64,000 bases of DNA from Octopus vulgaris (Eukaryota). Each line of letters begins with the position of its first letter. Position 1 is the stretch's first letter. The stretch lies in contig OX597823.1 in NCBI GenBank assembly GCA_951406725.2, positions 112,406,001-112,470,000 on the forward strand. Direction: 5' to 3'. The notes beneath the pieces were generated by a model. That model did no database searches and was not told the DNA's origin. It saw only the letters and a program-made list of their open reading frames with translations. This document shows positions 40,843-55,250 of the stretch, in pieces. The translations under genes and the position numbers were made by a program.

Positions 40843-42009
40843 ATATATATATCATATCATATCATATCATATCATCATCATATCATATCATATCATCATC
40901 ATATCATATCATATCATATCATCATCATTTAATGTCCTTTTTCCTTGCTGGCATGGGTTAGATGGTTTGACTGAGGTCTGGAAAGCCAGCAGCTGAACCA
41001 GGCAATGTTCTACAGCTGAATGCCCTTCCTAGCTTAGACCATTCCGAGAGTGTAGTGGGTGCTTTTTACATGCCACCAGCACAGAAGCCAGTCAGGCAGG
41101 CCTGACATCAATCATGTTTGGATAGTGCTTTTCTACGTGATATCTTAATATATATATATATATTAATATAAAAACCTATCCAAACGTATATAATATACAA
41201 ATAAGAAAATGGAGGAACAAATTCATTTCAATCATCAACTTACAGATATTACCATTTCATATTATCTATTAACTATATAAATAAGAACATCCAAATCGAA
41301 CAAAACAATATACATCAATATGCAAGATAAGAATACCATAAGAATAATACACATAAAATGGTCCTTACAGCTGTTTCAGCCTACAGATGCTTCACCAACA
41401 GTATACTGGATAACTGATATCCCATAGTGAGTTACCCTCATAACCCCTATCTTACTTTGTACTATATATATATATATATATAGAAGAGTGTACATTTAAA
41501 CACAAGAGAAATTACCTTTACCAGGTAATTTTACATGCTAGAAGAGGCAGACAAAAATGACCAATACCACATTTAAGAGCAATTTCAAAGAGAATGAAAA
41601 ATAAAAGCTTTTTAACTTGTTATATTTTTATGGTTATACCTAGGTTTCAAAGTTTTTAGCAAATAAAATAATTTGCCAGGCGAAATTCTCATCAGTAACC
41701 ATGCCATAACATTAACACATAATTTAGAAATGAATAACATGTGTCTCATCATTATATGTTATAATTTTTCAAATTCACTGCGCAAGTGCAGTTTCAGTTG
41801 GCAGCACATGAGAAATGCTGAACTGATCTTCGAAAGGCTAAAATCATATACGTAAAATATGTAGAGTAGCGAATATTTTTAGAAATTTCACTACCAGTGG
41901 CCTAGCATGTATAAAAAGTCAATAGACAACATATTCTCGATATAAAATAGTGTACATTTAAACACAAGAGAAATTACCTTTCACAGGTAATTTTAAACGC
42001 TAGAAGATA

Positions 42010-42448
42010 TAGGCGTAGGAGTGGCTGTTTAGGCGTAGGAGTGACTGTGTAGGCGTAAGAGTGGCTGTGTGGTAAGTCTTGCTAACCAGCCACATGGTTC
42101 CGGATTCAGTCCCACTGCGTGGCACCATGGGCAAGGGTCTTCTACTATAACCTTGCGCCGACCAAAGCCTTGTGAGTGGATTTTGTAGATGGAAACTGAA
42201 AGAAGCCCGTCGCATATATATGTGTGTGTGTGTGCTTGTGTGTGTGTGTTTGTGTGTCTGCGTTTGTCCTCCCAACATTGCTTGACAACTGATGCTGGTG
42301 TGTTTATGTCCATGTAACTTAGCGGTTCGGTAAAAGAGGCCGATAGAATAAATACTAGGCTTACAAAGAATAAGTCCTGGGGTCGATTTGCTCAACTAAA
42401 GGTGGTGCTCCAGCATGGACACACTCAACTGAATGAAATAAGTAAAAG

Positions 42449-42451
<3 letters not shown>
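42010..42451 (+). mobile_element. SINE family B with triplicated 20-bp head
   Basis: TAGGCGTAGGAGTGGCTGT three times, then a normal body. Confidence 0.88.
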
Positions 42452-42490
<39 letters not shown>

Positions 42491-43178
42491 TATATGAATG
42501 TATGATGTATGTGTGTGTCTATGTTCTATGTAAGGATGAAGGTAAGTATGTCTATCTGTGTGGGGTGGATGATGCCTTTGATAAAGTATGGTGACAAATT
42601 TCTTTCTCCACAGACCCCCCCACTCCTTACTTCAGTCCTTAGAATTAAGGATTCCTCCAGCTGACATTTTACATACTGGCCTCCTCAACTCAAAGGCACA
42701 CACATAAACACACTCAAGCAAACACACACACATGCACACACGCACACATATGGACAGAGACATGTATTTTAAATCAGGGCACTTTTATACTTTTTTATAT
42801 TTGACTAATATTCTGTGTCATACTTTTCCAAACATCCATGGAGACAAACGCACATACACTTCCCTCTCCCTTGGTCTGTTTCTCTGTGTATGTGTGTGTG
42901 TATGTGAGTCTCATGCTGTCTCTTTCTCTCATACACACAAGCACATATATACATACATATATATATATATATATATATTCAGATAGATGCATATTGATAT
43001 ATATAGGTGTACATATGTACATACATGCATGCATACATACATACATACATATATGTATATATATATATATATATGTATATATAAAGAGAGAGAGAGAGAG
43101 AGGAGAGAGGGAGAAAGACAGACAGATAGACCGATAGATAGATAGAGAGATAGATACATACATACATATATGGTAGGC

Positions 43179-43209
<31 letters not shown>

Positions 43210-43337
43210 GGTATATAGATATATAGATACATATATTCATATATAGGTGCAAATACATATATATATATGTATATATATGTATATATATATATATGTATGC
43301 ATGTATATATGTATGTATGTATATATATATATATACG

Positions 43338-43375
<38 letters not shown>

Positions 43376-43710
43376 TATATATATATATATTTATATGTAT
43401 GTATGTATATATATATATATATATATATAAGTACATATGTATGTATGTCTGTATATATATGTATGTATACACACACACATATATACATATGCACACACAG
43501 ACATGCACACCTACATGTTCAGATATTTCAACATTGAGTCATTTCTTGTGGTCAGTATTTTGTTGTTCTCTTATTATTTTTATTTTTATTTTTTTTTTTG
43601 TAGATTTCATTCTCCATATTTTTGTTGTATTTCATTTATTTTTATATGTATTTTTATTAGCTTTATTTTTTTCCCCACTGTCCTTTAACATGTCCACCAA
43701 TCAATGACAG

Positions 43711-43766
43711 GTTCTGTCTCGCCAAGCTGACACCAGATGGAGACACCAAGTCTAATCTACCAATCT
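43711..43766 (+). CDS. Candidate 56-nt exon
   Basis: Long T-rich tract, GACAG|G acceptor, TCT|GTGAGT donor; phase 0 [14 protein letters not shown], phase 2 [18 protein letters not shown]. Confidence 0.45.
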
Positions 43767-43845
43767 GTGAGTGCGTGTGTATGTGTGTGTCTATGCATAT
43801 ATATATATATATGCACACATGCATCCACATATATATGTACATATA

Positions 43846-43881
<36 letters not shown>

Positions 43882-43919
43882 ATACACACACATATATATA
43901 TAACATATATATGTGTGTG

Positions 43920-43989
<70 letters not shown>

Positions 43990-44765
43990 CATACATGTGT
44001 GTATATATATATATATATGTATACATACATGTGTGTGTATGTATGAGTCTGTATCTCACAGTATCATAATTTTTATTGATCTATATCCTTCAGACAATAT
44101 ATATATTATATATTTCTTGGTATGCATATATATGTAAAAGATAATTACATATGAACTTGTGTTGATGCTTGCATACATGTATGTGTATGCCTCAGTAGGT
44201 GTGTGTGTGTGTGTGTGAGCATATGTGTGTGTTTGTGTGCCCATATGTGTATGTGTGTCTGTGCATGTGTGTAAATGTATTTATTCATATTTAACTTAAT
44301 AGCTTTATATCATTTCTTTGCATACCTATTACTTATGGCCATGTCATAAATATGCATATATACATATGTATACATTGTCAACACACATACACATATATAT
44401 ATATATGTGTATATAATTTTCATCATCATCATCAGTAACATCATCCCCTCAGAATTTATTTGCCATTCTCTTTCCATGCCTGTATGGAGTGGTCAGGTCT
44501 CAAAGCTTCTCACCTCCTGCTGTGACATATATGTGTGTGTGTGTGTGTGTGTGCGTGTGTGTGGATATAGATATAGGTAGATAGATAGATGCTTACATAC
44601 ACACGTACATACATACGTACATGCATGCATACATACATGTATAGACAATACAGTTAATTATTTCTATGGAAGCTGTCTCTGTTTTGTATACTTCTAAAAA
44701 TATGAACCTTTAAAAATATACAATCAAAAGAAGAAATATTATTATGCCAAAAAATATACCAAACG

Positions 44766-44813
<48 letters not shown>

Positions 44814-44844
44814 AACATATATACATACATATATATATATATAT

Positions 44845-44878
<34 letters not shown>

Positions 44879-44879
44879 G

Positions 44880-44912
<33 letters not shown>

Positions 44913-45389
44913 GTGTGTTAATGCATATGTGTTCATATGTATATATATATGCATACATATATGTGTGTTTGTGTATAGATATAGATATATGTATATATAT
45001 ATTTATAAAGACATATACATGCATGTGACTGTACAAGCAGGGTAAAATGAATGTATAATGATAACGATACATGCTTGCATAAATATAAAATTTCTGTTAT
45101 ATGTTATGCAATGTATATATTCATGTGTCTGTATACATACATACATATAAGTGTGTGTGTGTGTGTGTCTATATATATATATATACATATATGCATGCAT
45201 ATATATATACATGCACACTCACTTATATATATATATATATATATATGTGTACATATATATACATACTCAAACATACTCAAACACACTCACACATACACAC
45301 ACACACACACACATACACACACCCACACACACACACACTGACACACACACTGCAATGTTGGCTATTTCTGTTTCTGTGTGTGGGTGCAG

Positions 45390-45434
45390 AAGTCTATGTC
45401 AGGACATGTAATTACACAGGTTGGCATTTATTAA
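45390..45434 (+). CDS. Candidate terminal exon (phase 0: KSMSGHVITQVGIY*)
   Basis: TTTCTGTTTCTGTGTGTGGGTGCAG| acceptor; unique island; frame unknown. Confidence 0.35.
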   Translation, partial: KSMSGHVITQVGIY

Positions 45435-45848
45435 TGGATAAAACAAAGCACAGCTGCTATGAATTGACCACGCCACCACCACTACCACCACTACCACCAC
45501 CAATACCACCAACACCACCACCACCACCACCACCATCACCGCCACCACCATCTTTGTCTGCTACCTCTCACATCACCCAGCCATTGAAAAAAAAAAACCA
45601 CTCACACACCACTACTAGGATTGCTGTCATCTATACAGCACATGCACGGTGATATGTCAGTCACTACCACCACCAACACTACCATCATCTCAATCTATTA
45701 CAACTACCACCGACACCATAACCAGCACCACCGGTACCACCTCCACCACACCACCACCACTACCATATTCATCATCATTCTCCGCTACTGCTCTGTTCTC
45801 ACCACCCACCCCTATCTCTTCCACTGTCACACCAACCATCATCACAGG

Positions 45849-45924
<76 letters not shown>

Positions 45925-46007
45925 GAGATGGTAAATAGATAGACAAATAGATAGATAGGTAGATATATATGTAGATAGATAGATATGTAGGTAGATAGAT
46001 AGATATG

Positions 46008-46053
<46 letters not shown>

Positions 46054-46078
46054 TGTAGGTAGGTAGATAGATAAATAA

Positions 46079-46120
<42 letters not shown>

Positions 46121-46760
46121 GGATAGATAGATAAGTACGTAGGTAGGTAGATAGATAGACAGACAGACAGGCAAACACAAGCAGGCAGACAGACACATAC
46201 ATACATACATACATACATACATGCATGCATGCATGCATGCATGCATACATACATACATATACATACATACATACATACATACATACACACATACATTCAT
46301 ACATACTTACATACATACATACATGCATATATACATACATACATGCATACATACATGCATATATACATACATACATACATGGATGGATGGATGGATGGAT
46401 GGATGGATGGGTGGGTGGATGGATGAATGGCTGAATGGATGGATGGACGGACAGAGGGATGGGTGGATGGGTGGATGGATGGATGGATAGACAGACAAAC
46501 AAACTGAGACAGACATTATAGACTAATGAGAAAATGTCTATGAGAGAGAAATAGACAAATAATTGATGAAAGAGAGATATCATAGACTGATAAGAGAGAG
46601 AGGAAGAGGAAGAGAGAGGGAGAGAGAGAGAGAGAGGGAGAGAGAGAGAGAAGCAGTGCAAAGTAAGTGTATGTGAGTATCAGAGTATGAACACTTAAGT
46701 TTGCAAGTTTATCTGGGTGTGTGCATGTGTATAATTCTGTCAATGCATATGTGTGATCCT

Positions 46761-46792
<32 letters not shown>

Positions 46793-47526
46793 GAGTGTGT
46801 GTATTTGTGTGTGTGTGTGTGTACGTGCGTGTGTGATTCTGTCAATGCATATGTGTGAAGAGAAAGACAGGCATAGAAAGACAGAAAGAATGTTAGAGGT
46901 AGAAAGGGACACAAAGAGAAAGAGAGAGATTGAGATATAGAGAGAGAGGGAGAGAGAGAAAGGGAGAGAGAGAGGGGGAGAGAGAGAGGAATGTAGAGAA
47001 AGAGGTCGACTGATAGTGTTGTAAGATAAAGAGATAAACGATGGAACATCTCTACCGAACAATGACAGCCATGACAATAATAAAAATATATAAAATAACA
47101 CAACAACAACAACAACAACAATTACAACAATCATAACAACAACAACAACAACAACAACAACAATATCAACAGTAACAACACTAACAACAATGTGAACGAT
47201 AACAACAACGATATCAGTGACAGCAATAACAACAACAGAATGAGCTACAATAAATAAAGATAATTGTAACACACTTTCACTTTCGCATATGCAAACTTAC
47301 GCACGTGCACACATACAGGCTGAATTATATGCATTTGTATACACATGCACTTGCATACACAGCTAAGCACCTCATACAAGCATATATGAATATATGCATA
47401 GACATGCACATGCATACAGATTTATTCACATATACACACACAAAAAAGCAAAATCTCCCGCAGCCAAATCACCCCAGATTCTGCACATTTATCTCACTCA
47501 GCTGCAAAATCCATATGATCATTTCT

Positions 47527-48193
47527 GTTCTAGGCACAAGGCCCGAAATTTGGGGGGGAGGGGGTCGGTCGATTAGATTGACCCCAGTATGCAAGTGGTA
47601 CTTAATTTATCAAGGTGGCGAGCTGGCAGAAACATTAGCACGCCGGGCGAAATGCTTAGCAGTATTTCGTCTGCCATTACGTTGTGAGTTCAAATTCCGT
47701 GGAGGTCGATTTTGCCTTTCATCCTTTCAGGGTCGATAAATTAAGTACCAGTTACGCACTGGGGTCGATGTAATCGACTTAATACCTATGTCTGTCCTTG
47801 TTTGTCCCCTCTGTGTATAGCCGCTTGTGGGTAATAAAGAAATAGGTACTTAATTTATCAACCCCAAAAGGATGAAAAGGAAAGTCGACCTTGGTGAAAT
47901 TTGAACTCTGAATCTAAAGACAGATGAAATATTGCTAAGTATTTCGCCCAACGTGCTAACGTTCCTTATTTCTTTATTGCCCACAAGAGGCTAAACATAG
48001 AGGAGACAAACAAGGACAGACAAAGGGATTAAGTTGATTACACCAACCTCAGTACATAACTGGTACTTAATTTATCGACCCTGAAAGGATGAAAGGCAAA
48101 GTCGTCCTCGGCAGAATTTGAACACAGAATGTAACTGCAGACAAAATAATGCTAGGCATTTCGCCTGGCGTGCTAACGTTTCTGCCACCTCAC
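47527..48193. mobile_element. Nest of three SINE-A copies
   Basis: Plus copy 47614-47844 with 17-bp duplication GGTACTTAATTTATCAA inside an older minus copy; second minus copy at 47966-48193. Confidence 0.88.
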
Positions 48194-48270
48194 CACCATT
48201 ACAACGTCCATATAATAACAAAAACAATATGAATGACAGTTTCAATAAAAATAGCAGCAACAACAAGACA

Positions 48271-48640
48271 GGAGGCGCAATGGCCTAGTGGTTAGGGCAG
48301 TGGACTCGCAGTCGGAGGATCGCGGTTTCGATTCCAAGACTAGGCATTGTGTGTGTTTATTGAGTGAAAACACCTAAAGCTCCATGAGGCTCCGGCAGGG
48401 ATGGTGGTGATCCTTGCTGTACTCTTTCACCACAACTTTCTCTCATTCTTTCTTCCTGTTTCTTGTCCCTGACTTCCTACACAACCGCTGAGCCTGGATG
48501 CGCATTCATCCATCCGTCGATGCTCTCGGTGTTGGGGGATGACCTGCTTTCTCTTCTGCGGGTCTTACGAATCGCAAAAGGACCATGTTTCGGACTTCTC
48601 CCATCTTGCGAGCTCTGGGACGAAGACCGTTCGCTCAACA
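48271..48640 (+). mobile_element. SINE family C, tail type 3, (CAA)n end
   Basis: Family C head and core, unrelated CpG-rich tail. Confidence 0.8.
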
Positions 48641-48869
48641 GCAACAACAACAACAACAGCAACAACAACAGCAGCCATAATAACAACAATGATTACAACA
48701 ACTATGGCGACAACTACAGCAATGAAAATGGATCTTTACGAAGTACCCCGGCAGAATTTTTGCACCATTCCTGCCCATTTTGTAGCCAGTCCTACACTGC
48801 ACACCCATAATAAATCCACTTGGTTTATTTCCTTTCACCTTTTCAGGTCCACTGCAACATAGTGGAAAC

Positions 48870-50300
48870 AGCCATTAACAATGATGTCCTCTAACACCAT
48901 AGATGTTTTTCCCAAATTAAGAACCACCAGGATGTTTTCCATAAACCAGATCCATTAATGACCTATCCTCTTCTATTACTACAATGAATACTTGTCTTGG
49001 AGAAATTTAACAATAATAATGTCACAAACTACAACATCAACAAAGCTTTTTACTGTGTCTGGTATGCAATCTGCCCATATATAGCCTCCACCAATCTCTT
49101 ATCTATTGGATCAGTAGCTACCTATCATATTTCACAACTGTGCATGCAGACTGCACACGTTTTTTTCTCTCATTCTGTCACCTTCAAAGTGCCATAGGCT
49201 TTGATTTCATCCTCTACTTCCTTTCTTCTATACATCAATAACTTCTTTGCCACCAGTTTCAACAATTCCACTCTTAAGCCACTGATATTACTCTTTATTA
49301 AGGCGGCGAACTGGCAGAAACGTTAGCATGCCGGGCGAAATGCGTAGCCGTATTTCATCTGCGGTTACGTTCTGAGTTCAAATTCCGACGAGGTTGACTT
49401 TGCCTTTCATCCTTTCAGGGTCAATAAATTAAGTACCAGTTACGCACTGGGGTTGATGTAATCGAGTTAATCCGTTTATCTGTCCTTGTTTGTCCCCTCT
49501 GTGTGTAGCTCCTTGTGGGTAGTAAAGAAACAGATATTACTCATTATTCATCCCATTCATTCATCCATATGCAACCTAGACACCTCATGTTATACCTACA
49601 CTGACAACATGAAAAGAGACCTGTAAAGAATTCTCTGATTGGGATATGCCATTCTTTCTCTTTCAATTGCAAGAAAACAAAAATGCTTCTCATAACAAGA
49701 AAATTCCATTACACTACATAGCTGCACATTTCCAGAGCCCTTAGCATCACTCCAGCTGTTGAGTCTCAGTATCACAAATGATTTCTCCTGGTGCAGCACA
49801 TCCTTAACATAGATAGGAACATATCCAATGACTGGCCCTTCTCTTCATGGACAGAAAATGCTTCAATATTCTGCAATTATTGAGGGCCACAATATTGTTT
49901 TAATCTAACATCTGGAACAGTATTGCTGCTCTACACACAGACATCTGAAACTATGTCCAGTAAGGGACTTCTTGACTGATAAAGTCACTCACAGACACAT
50001 TCCAGCTCATGGCCCACAGGTGCACTGTCTCTTCTCTCTCTCATTTCTCCTGCTACTATAATGGTCTCTGTTCTTTGGAACTTAATGGACTCATTCCACC
50101 TTCCATCAAGTATTCCCAACCCATACACTTCTCCTCTCATCACTTCTAGTTGTATTCAGTATCCAAGACCCAACACTAATCACTATACTCAGCCCTTAAT
50201 TTTCTTCCCAGAAGATCATACCTCTGGAATTTACTCTCTGCACATATCTTTACTGCAGAGACTAACTTACAAAGGTTTAAGAGGAACACGAATGACATCC
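48870..50300 (+). mobile_element. Highly decayed LINE RT relic (CR1/Jockey-like), interrupted by SINE-A at 49300-49531
   Basis: NINKAFYCVWY resembles the D..KAFD.VWH RT motif; remainder heavily degraded. Confidence 0.5.
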
Positions 50301-50555
50301 TGAAGAATTTATTTCTTCCAGATTTAAAAAAAAAAATGGAATAGGGCAACAAAAATAACACCAGCAGCAACAATAGTAATAATTAAAACAACCAAGGTAA
50401 CAACTAGAATGATAATAACAACAACAATTGTAGCAAGAAAAACGGTAAGACACTAACAACTGGCAATCATAGCAAGAATATCTGATGTAATGAGAGAATG
50501 GGGAAGTGTCTGTGTGGCTAAGTGGCATTGAACTGGATTAAAAAATATGTGATGA

Positions 50556-50993
50556 CCAACAGTATCGCCCGGCGTTGCTCGGGTTTGTTTCGACCCTTTA
50601 GAATTGGAATTTTTGAAAAGTAAAAATTTTGCATTATGTAGCTTGTTATTCTCTTTAAGTGAACATTTTTCTGGTTGAAATACACCGAAAAATGGCGACA
50701 CAGCAGTAAAAAAATCATAAAAAATAGGGATTTTCATAGAAAAAAAAGCACCTTTTTGATGTAAATAATTTTTGGTGTTAACATGATCAGATTTGAATTT
50801 TTTCTTCTACGGAAGGAAGAACACGCCTTCTTCTATCGTACTCTCAATTCCGTAGAAGAAAGAACACGCCTTCTTCTATCATACTCTCAATTTTGGCCAA
50901 CTTGCACCGTAGGGTCTTGGAGGAGATAGTTTTAGTTGAAGGCTACCAAACCTGCCATACACAGACAACTTCAGCTTTATATATAGAGAGAGA
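50556..50993 (-). mobile_element. Non-autonomous Helitron (same family as 34300)
   Basis: Reverse complement of 34300-34693 with an internal duplication near 50810-50890; CCCG..CGGG hairpin. Confidence 0.8.
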
Positions 50994-51670
50994 TTAGAAA
51001 AATAAAAGCCACAGCTTTCATCATGGAGATGAAGCTATCACTAATAGATGTATTAAGAAATATATTTTAAATTTCTACAATATAAATGGTAAATAACATT
51101 GCCTCATGTATTTTCTGAAAAAATATACAACATTGAGCCTAGCTCTGAAAAATATATTTGGAGACACAATAATGTAACAAGCTATTCAACCTATGTCAAG
51201 CTACACCATTTCAACTACACAGGAAAAAATTTCCCTGATACGCATATGAACTCCATCCAACCACTTCTCTCTTAGAAAACCAAGAGTGTGAAAATAGTCC
51301 AGGCGCTTAGCATACAAACAGGTGACTCTACAGCTGACATTAATTTCTATTGCAAAAACGCCAATAGGATATTAATAATTGATACAGCAATACTAATTGA
51401 CTGTAAAGTTGAGCAGAATTTAGATTAAAAACTTAGGAATTACACAAAGTTAGCTACAGAATGAAAAATATTATGGCTGTTAAGGAATGTGTTCAGCATA
51501 ACAGTTGCGTTTGGTGCTACACAAATATGGAAAGACTTGACAGATCATCAATAATGTTAGACAAAGGCATGTTCCAGCAAATTGCAATTCTGGCTTCTGT
51601 AAATATTGTTCAGGCATTCTCACTCAGTCATTGTTAACCTTTATTATATTCATATATATATATATATATA

Positions 51671-52058
51671 CTCTTTTACTTGTTTCAGTCATTTGACTGT
51701 GGCCATGCTGGAGCACTGCCTTTAGTCGAGCAAATCGACCCCAGGACTTATTCTTTGTAAGCCTTGTACTTATTCCATCGGTTCTCTTTTGCCAAACCGC
51801 TAAGTTACAGGGACGTTAACACACACCAGTATCGGTTGTCAAGCAATGTTGGGGGGACAAACACAGACACACATATACACACACACATATATATATACAT
51901 ACAATTCTTTCAGTTTCCGTCTACCAAATCCACTCACAAGGCTTTGGTTGGCCTGAGGCTATAGTAGAAGACACTTGACCAAGGTGCTACTCAGTGGGAT
52001 TGAACCCGGAACCATGTGGTTGGTAAGTAAGCTACTTACCACACAGCCACTCCTGCGC
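51671..52058 (-). mobile_element. SINE family B
   Basis: Full-length reverse copy. Confidence 0.88.
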
Positions 52059-52060
52059 CC

Positions 52061-52115
<55 letters not shown>

Positions 52116-52125
52116 TGTGTGTGTG

Positions 52126-52630
52126 TGGCTGTGTGGTAAGTAGCTTGCTAACCAACCACATGATTCTGGGTTCAGTCCCACTGTGTAGCACCTTGGGCAA
52201 GTGTCTTCTGCTATAGCCCCGGGCCGACCAATGCCTTGTGAGTGGATTTGGTAGATGGAAACTGGAAGAAGCCTGTCGTATATATGTATCATCATCATCA
52301 TCATCATCGTTTAACGTCCGTTCTCCATGCTAGCATGGGTTGGACGGTTCGACCGGAGATCTGGGATGCCAGAAGGCTGCACCAGGCTCATGTGTGTGTG
52401 TGTGTGTTTGTGTGTCTGTGTTTGTCTCCCTAGCATTGCTTGACAACCGATGCTGGTGTGTTTACGTCCCTGTCACTTAGCGGTTCGGCAAAAGAGACCG
52501 ATAGAATAAGTACTGGGCTTACAAAGAATAAGTCCCGGGGTCGATTTGCTCGACTAAAGGCGGTGCTCCAGCATGGCCGCAGTCAAATGACTGAAACAAG
52601 TAAAAGAGTAAAGAGTAAAGAGTAAAAGAG
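52126..52630 (+). mobile_element. SINE family B with a family D tail inserted at 52288-52390
   Basis: Collinear with family B apart from the insert. Confidence 0.88.
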
Positions 52631-52634
52631 TATA

Positions 52635-52734
<100 letters not shown>

Positions 52735-52856
52735 CTATATATTATTCATATATAAGTACATTAAAAGGCTTCTAAAGGAAGAAGTGAGTACTAGATACAC
52801 AAAAGTTGGATAAATTCAGTGAAATGAAAATTAAAAACGTTTACAAACTCGGTTCA

Positions 52857-52928
52857 TCTTATACTGCAGTTTCGTCTTTTTCAGCATTAAATATAATTTA
52901 TCTGCTCAGGTCAGATTCTTCAGTAAGC
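52857..52928 (-). ncRNA. Minimal type-I hammerhead ribozyme-like motif
   Basis: CTTA-CTGAAGA-ATCT..AGAC-GAAAC-TGCA-GTA-TAAG; palindromic ACTGCAGT stem III. Confidence 0.55.
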
Positions 52929-53129
52929 AACCTGTTATTCTAGAAGTGCATATCAGTAGAAGCATGTGCGACTCTACTAATTTGCTTTCTCTAACTTTTC
53001 AAATCATTGCGCAGACACAGAACATACCCGACAAACAGAGGGGGTTCTGGTATAGGGTCTAACGGTCAAAATTTATCGAGAAATACATATATATATATAC
53101 ATATATATATATATACATATATATATATG

Positions 53130-53242
<113 letters not shown>

Positions 53243-53961
53243 AGAAACTAGATTGTTTTTGATGATGAAAAGAAAATATTGGTGCATTTCTGTAACTAGG
53301 AAAATTAAGGAAATAATAAAGATAACATTATTTTCTAATTCAGGAACAAGGCCAGGAATTTTGAGGTGAGTGCTTATAAAATACTATCAATACCTGTGCT
53401 AAACTGGTATTTTAGTTCATCAATCCTGAACGAATGGAAGACACATTTGACCTCGGTAGGATACAAACTTAGAAATGGAGAAGAAACCCCACAGTGCATA
53501 TTTTCTGAAGTTCTAATGAGACTTTCAATTCATTGCCTTATAAACTAATAATAATCTATGCAATAATGAGGAAAGCAACTTATTAATTATTAATTATTTG
53601 GAATTATGTAACTTTTACTAAGAGAAAGCATTTATTAAAGTCTTTTACAGTCTTATTATTAAAGAAGAATATTCTTGAAATTCCAGTTTAATATATTTTT
53701 ATCAAAATGTGGTTTTCAAGTTTCTTTCCATCTAAATGACTAATTTAAATTTGTTGTGATATAGTAGTTTTTAAAAATTTTATCCTGCAAGACAACTCTT
53801 TTTAACATCTTGCTTCCTTCTCTCTCTCTCTCCCTCTCTCTCCATCTCTTCTTTATTTGCGATTGTTAATTCATTTGTTGAAAACTCTGTTACTCATGTT
53901 ATTTTAGGTTATATAATGAGCAACAATAAGAAAAAGTAATTTTTTTATCTCTGAACATCTA

Positions 53962-54180
53962 TACTCTTTACTCTTTTACTTGTTTCAGTCATTTGACTGC
54001 GGCCATGCTGGAGCACCGCCTTTAGTCGAGCAAATCGACCCTGGAACTTATTCTTTGTAAGCCCAGTACTTATTCTATCAGTCTCTTTTGCCGAACCGCT
54101 AAGTAACGGGGACATAAACACATCAGCATCGGTTGTCAAGCAATGCTAGGGGGACAAACACAGACACACAAACACACACA
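53962..54180 (-). mobile_element. SINE family B, 3' half
   Basis: Reverse of the family B tail. Confidence 0.85.
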
Positions 54181-54829
54181 CGCATATACATATATATACA
54201 TATATACTTGTATTTTAACACAGGTTATCAATACTAAAATGTATAAATATATAAGAGGACAGAAAAGAAATGTTATGCAGTCACATGTGTTAGAACTGCA
54301 AGCTTTTCGATATGAATTGTTGTCCAGCATATCTCCTTACATTTTTATGAAGCTTTTAAAAACAAGCACTTTGAATAAGAAAGACCCTGAGTCTACAATT
54401 AAAAACAAAAAAAAAAGATTTATTTAACACCAAGCTGGTTTGCAACAACCACAGTGTTTTCTTTTTTCCCAGAAGGAATAACATACAAAACAAAATGTAT
54501 CAATACTCCTACACTTTTTATGCAAATGAAGCATATTCATTCACAAACCAAAATTTATTCCTGCCCAGTTATTATACTAAAAATATATTGATACACTTTA
54601 AATGCAACTGCTTCAACTTTAACCAACTAAGCAGGCATTCAAAACTCTTCCACTGAGATTTATACGCATTCACCTAACATTCACACACTTACACACACAC
54701 GCACACATGCAAGCACACGCATACGTTCACAGAAAACATTTCAATGCCAACAAGAGGCTGCACATTTGGGGGAAAAAATTTGATAGGGTGTAATCTAAGA
54801 TATATTGATACACAAACTTTTTATGCAAG

Positions 54830-55250
54830 TGGAGGCATGTGGTTTTGTGGTGAGGGTGTTGGACTCATGACCATAAGATTGTGGTTTCAATCCCTGGACC
54901 GGGCGAGCTGTTGTGTTCCTGAGCAAAACACTTCCTCTTTTGTTTTTCTAGTTCACTCAGCTGTAGAAATTAGTACTAGTAGTTGCTTAGTAGTTGGATT
55001 GTGGTTTCAATCCCTGGACTGGGCGATCTATTGTGTTCTTGAACGAAGCACTTCCTTTCATATTTTTCCAGTTCACTCAGCTGTAGAAATGAGTACCACT
55101 AGTAGAGGTGCATTGCTTAATAGTTAGGGTGTTGGATTCACGACCGTGAAGTTTGTGGTTTCAATCCCTGGACTGGGGGATCTGTTGTGTTCTTGAGCAA
55201 AACACTTCCTTTCATGTTTTTCCAGTTCATTCAGCTGTAGAAATGAGTTT
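54830..55250 (+). mobile_element. tRNA-headed SINE related to family C with its B-box and core triplicated
   Basis: GTGGTTTCAATCCCTGGAC..GTTC(A)CTCAGCTGTAGAAAT three times. Confidence 0.78.
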
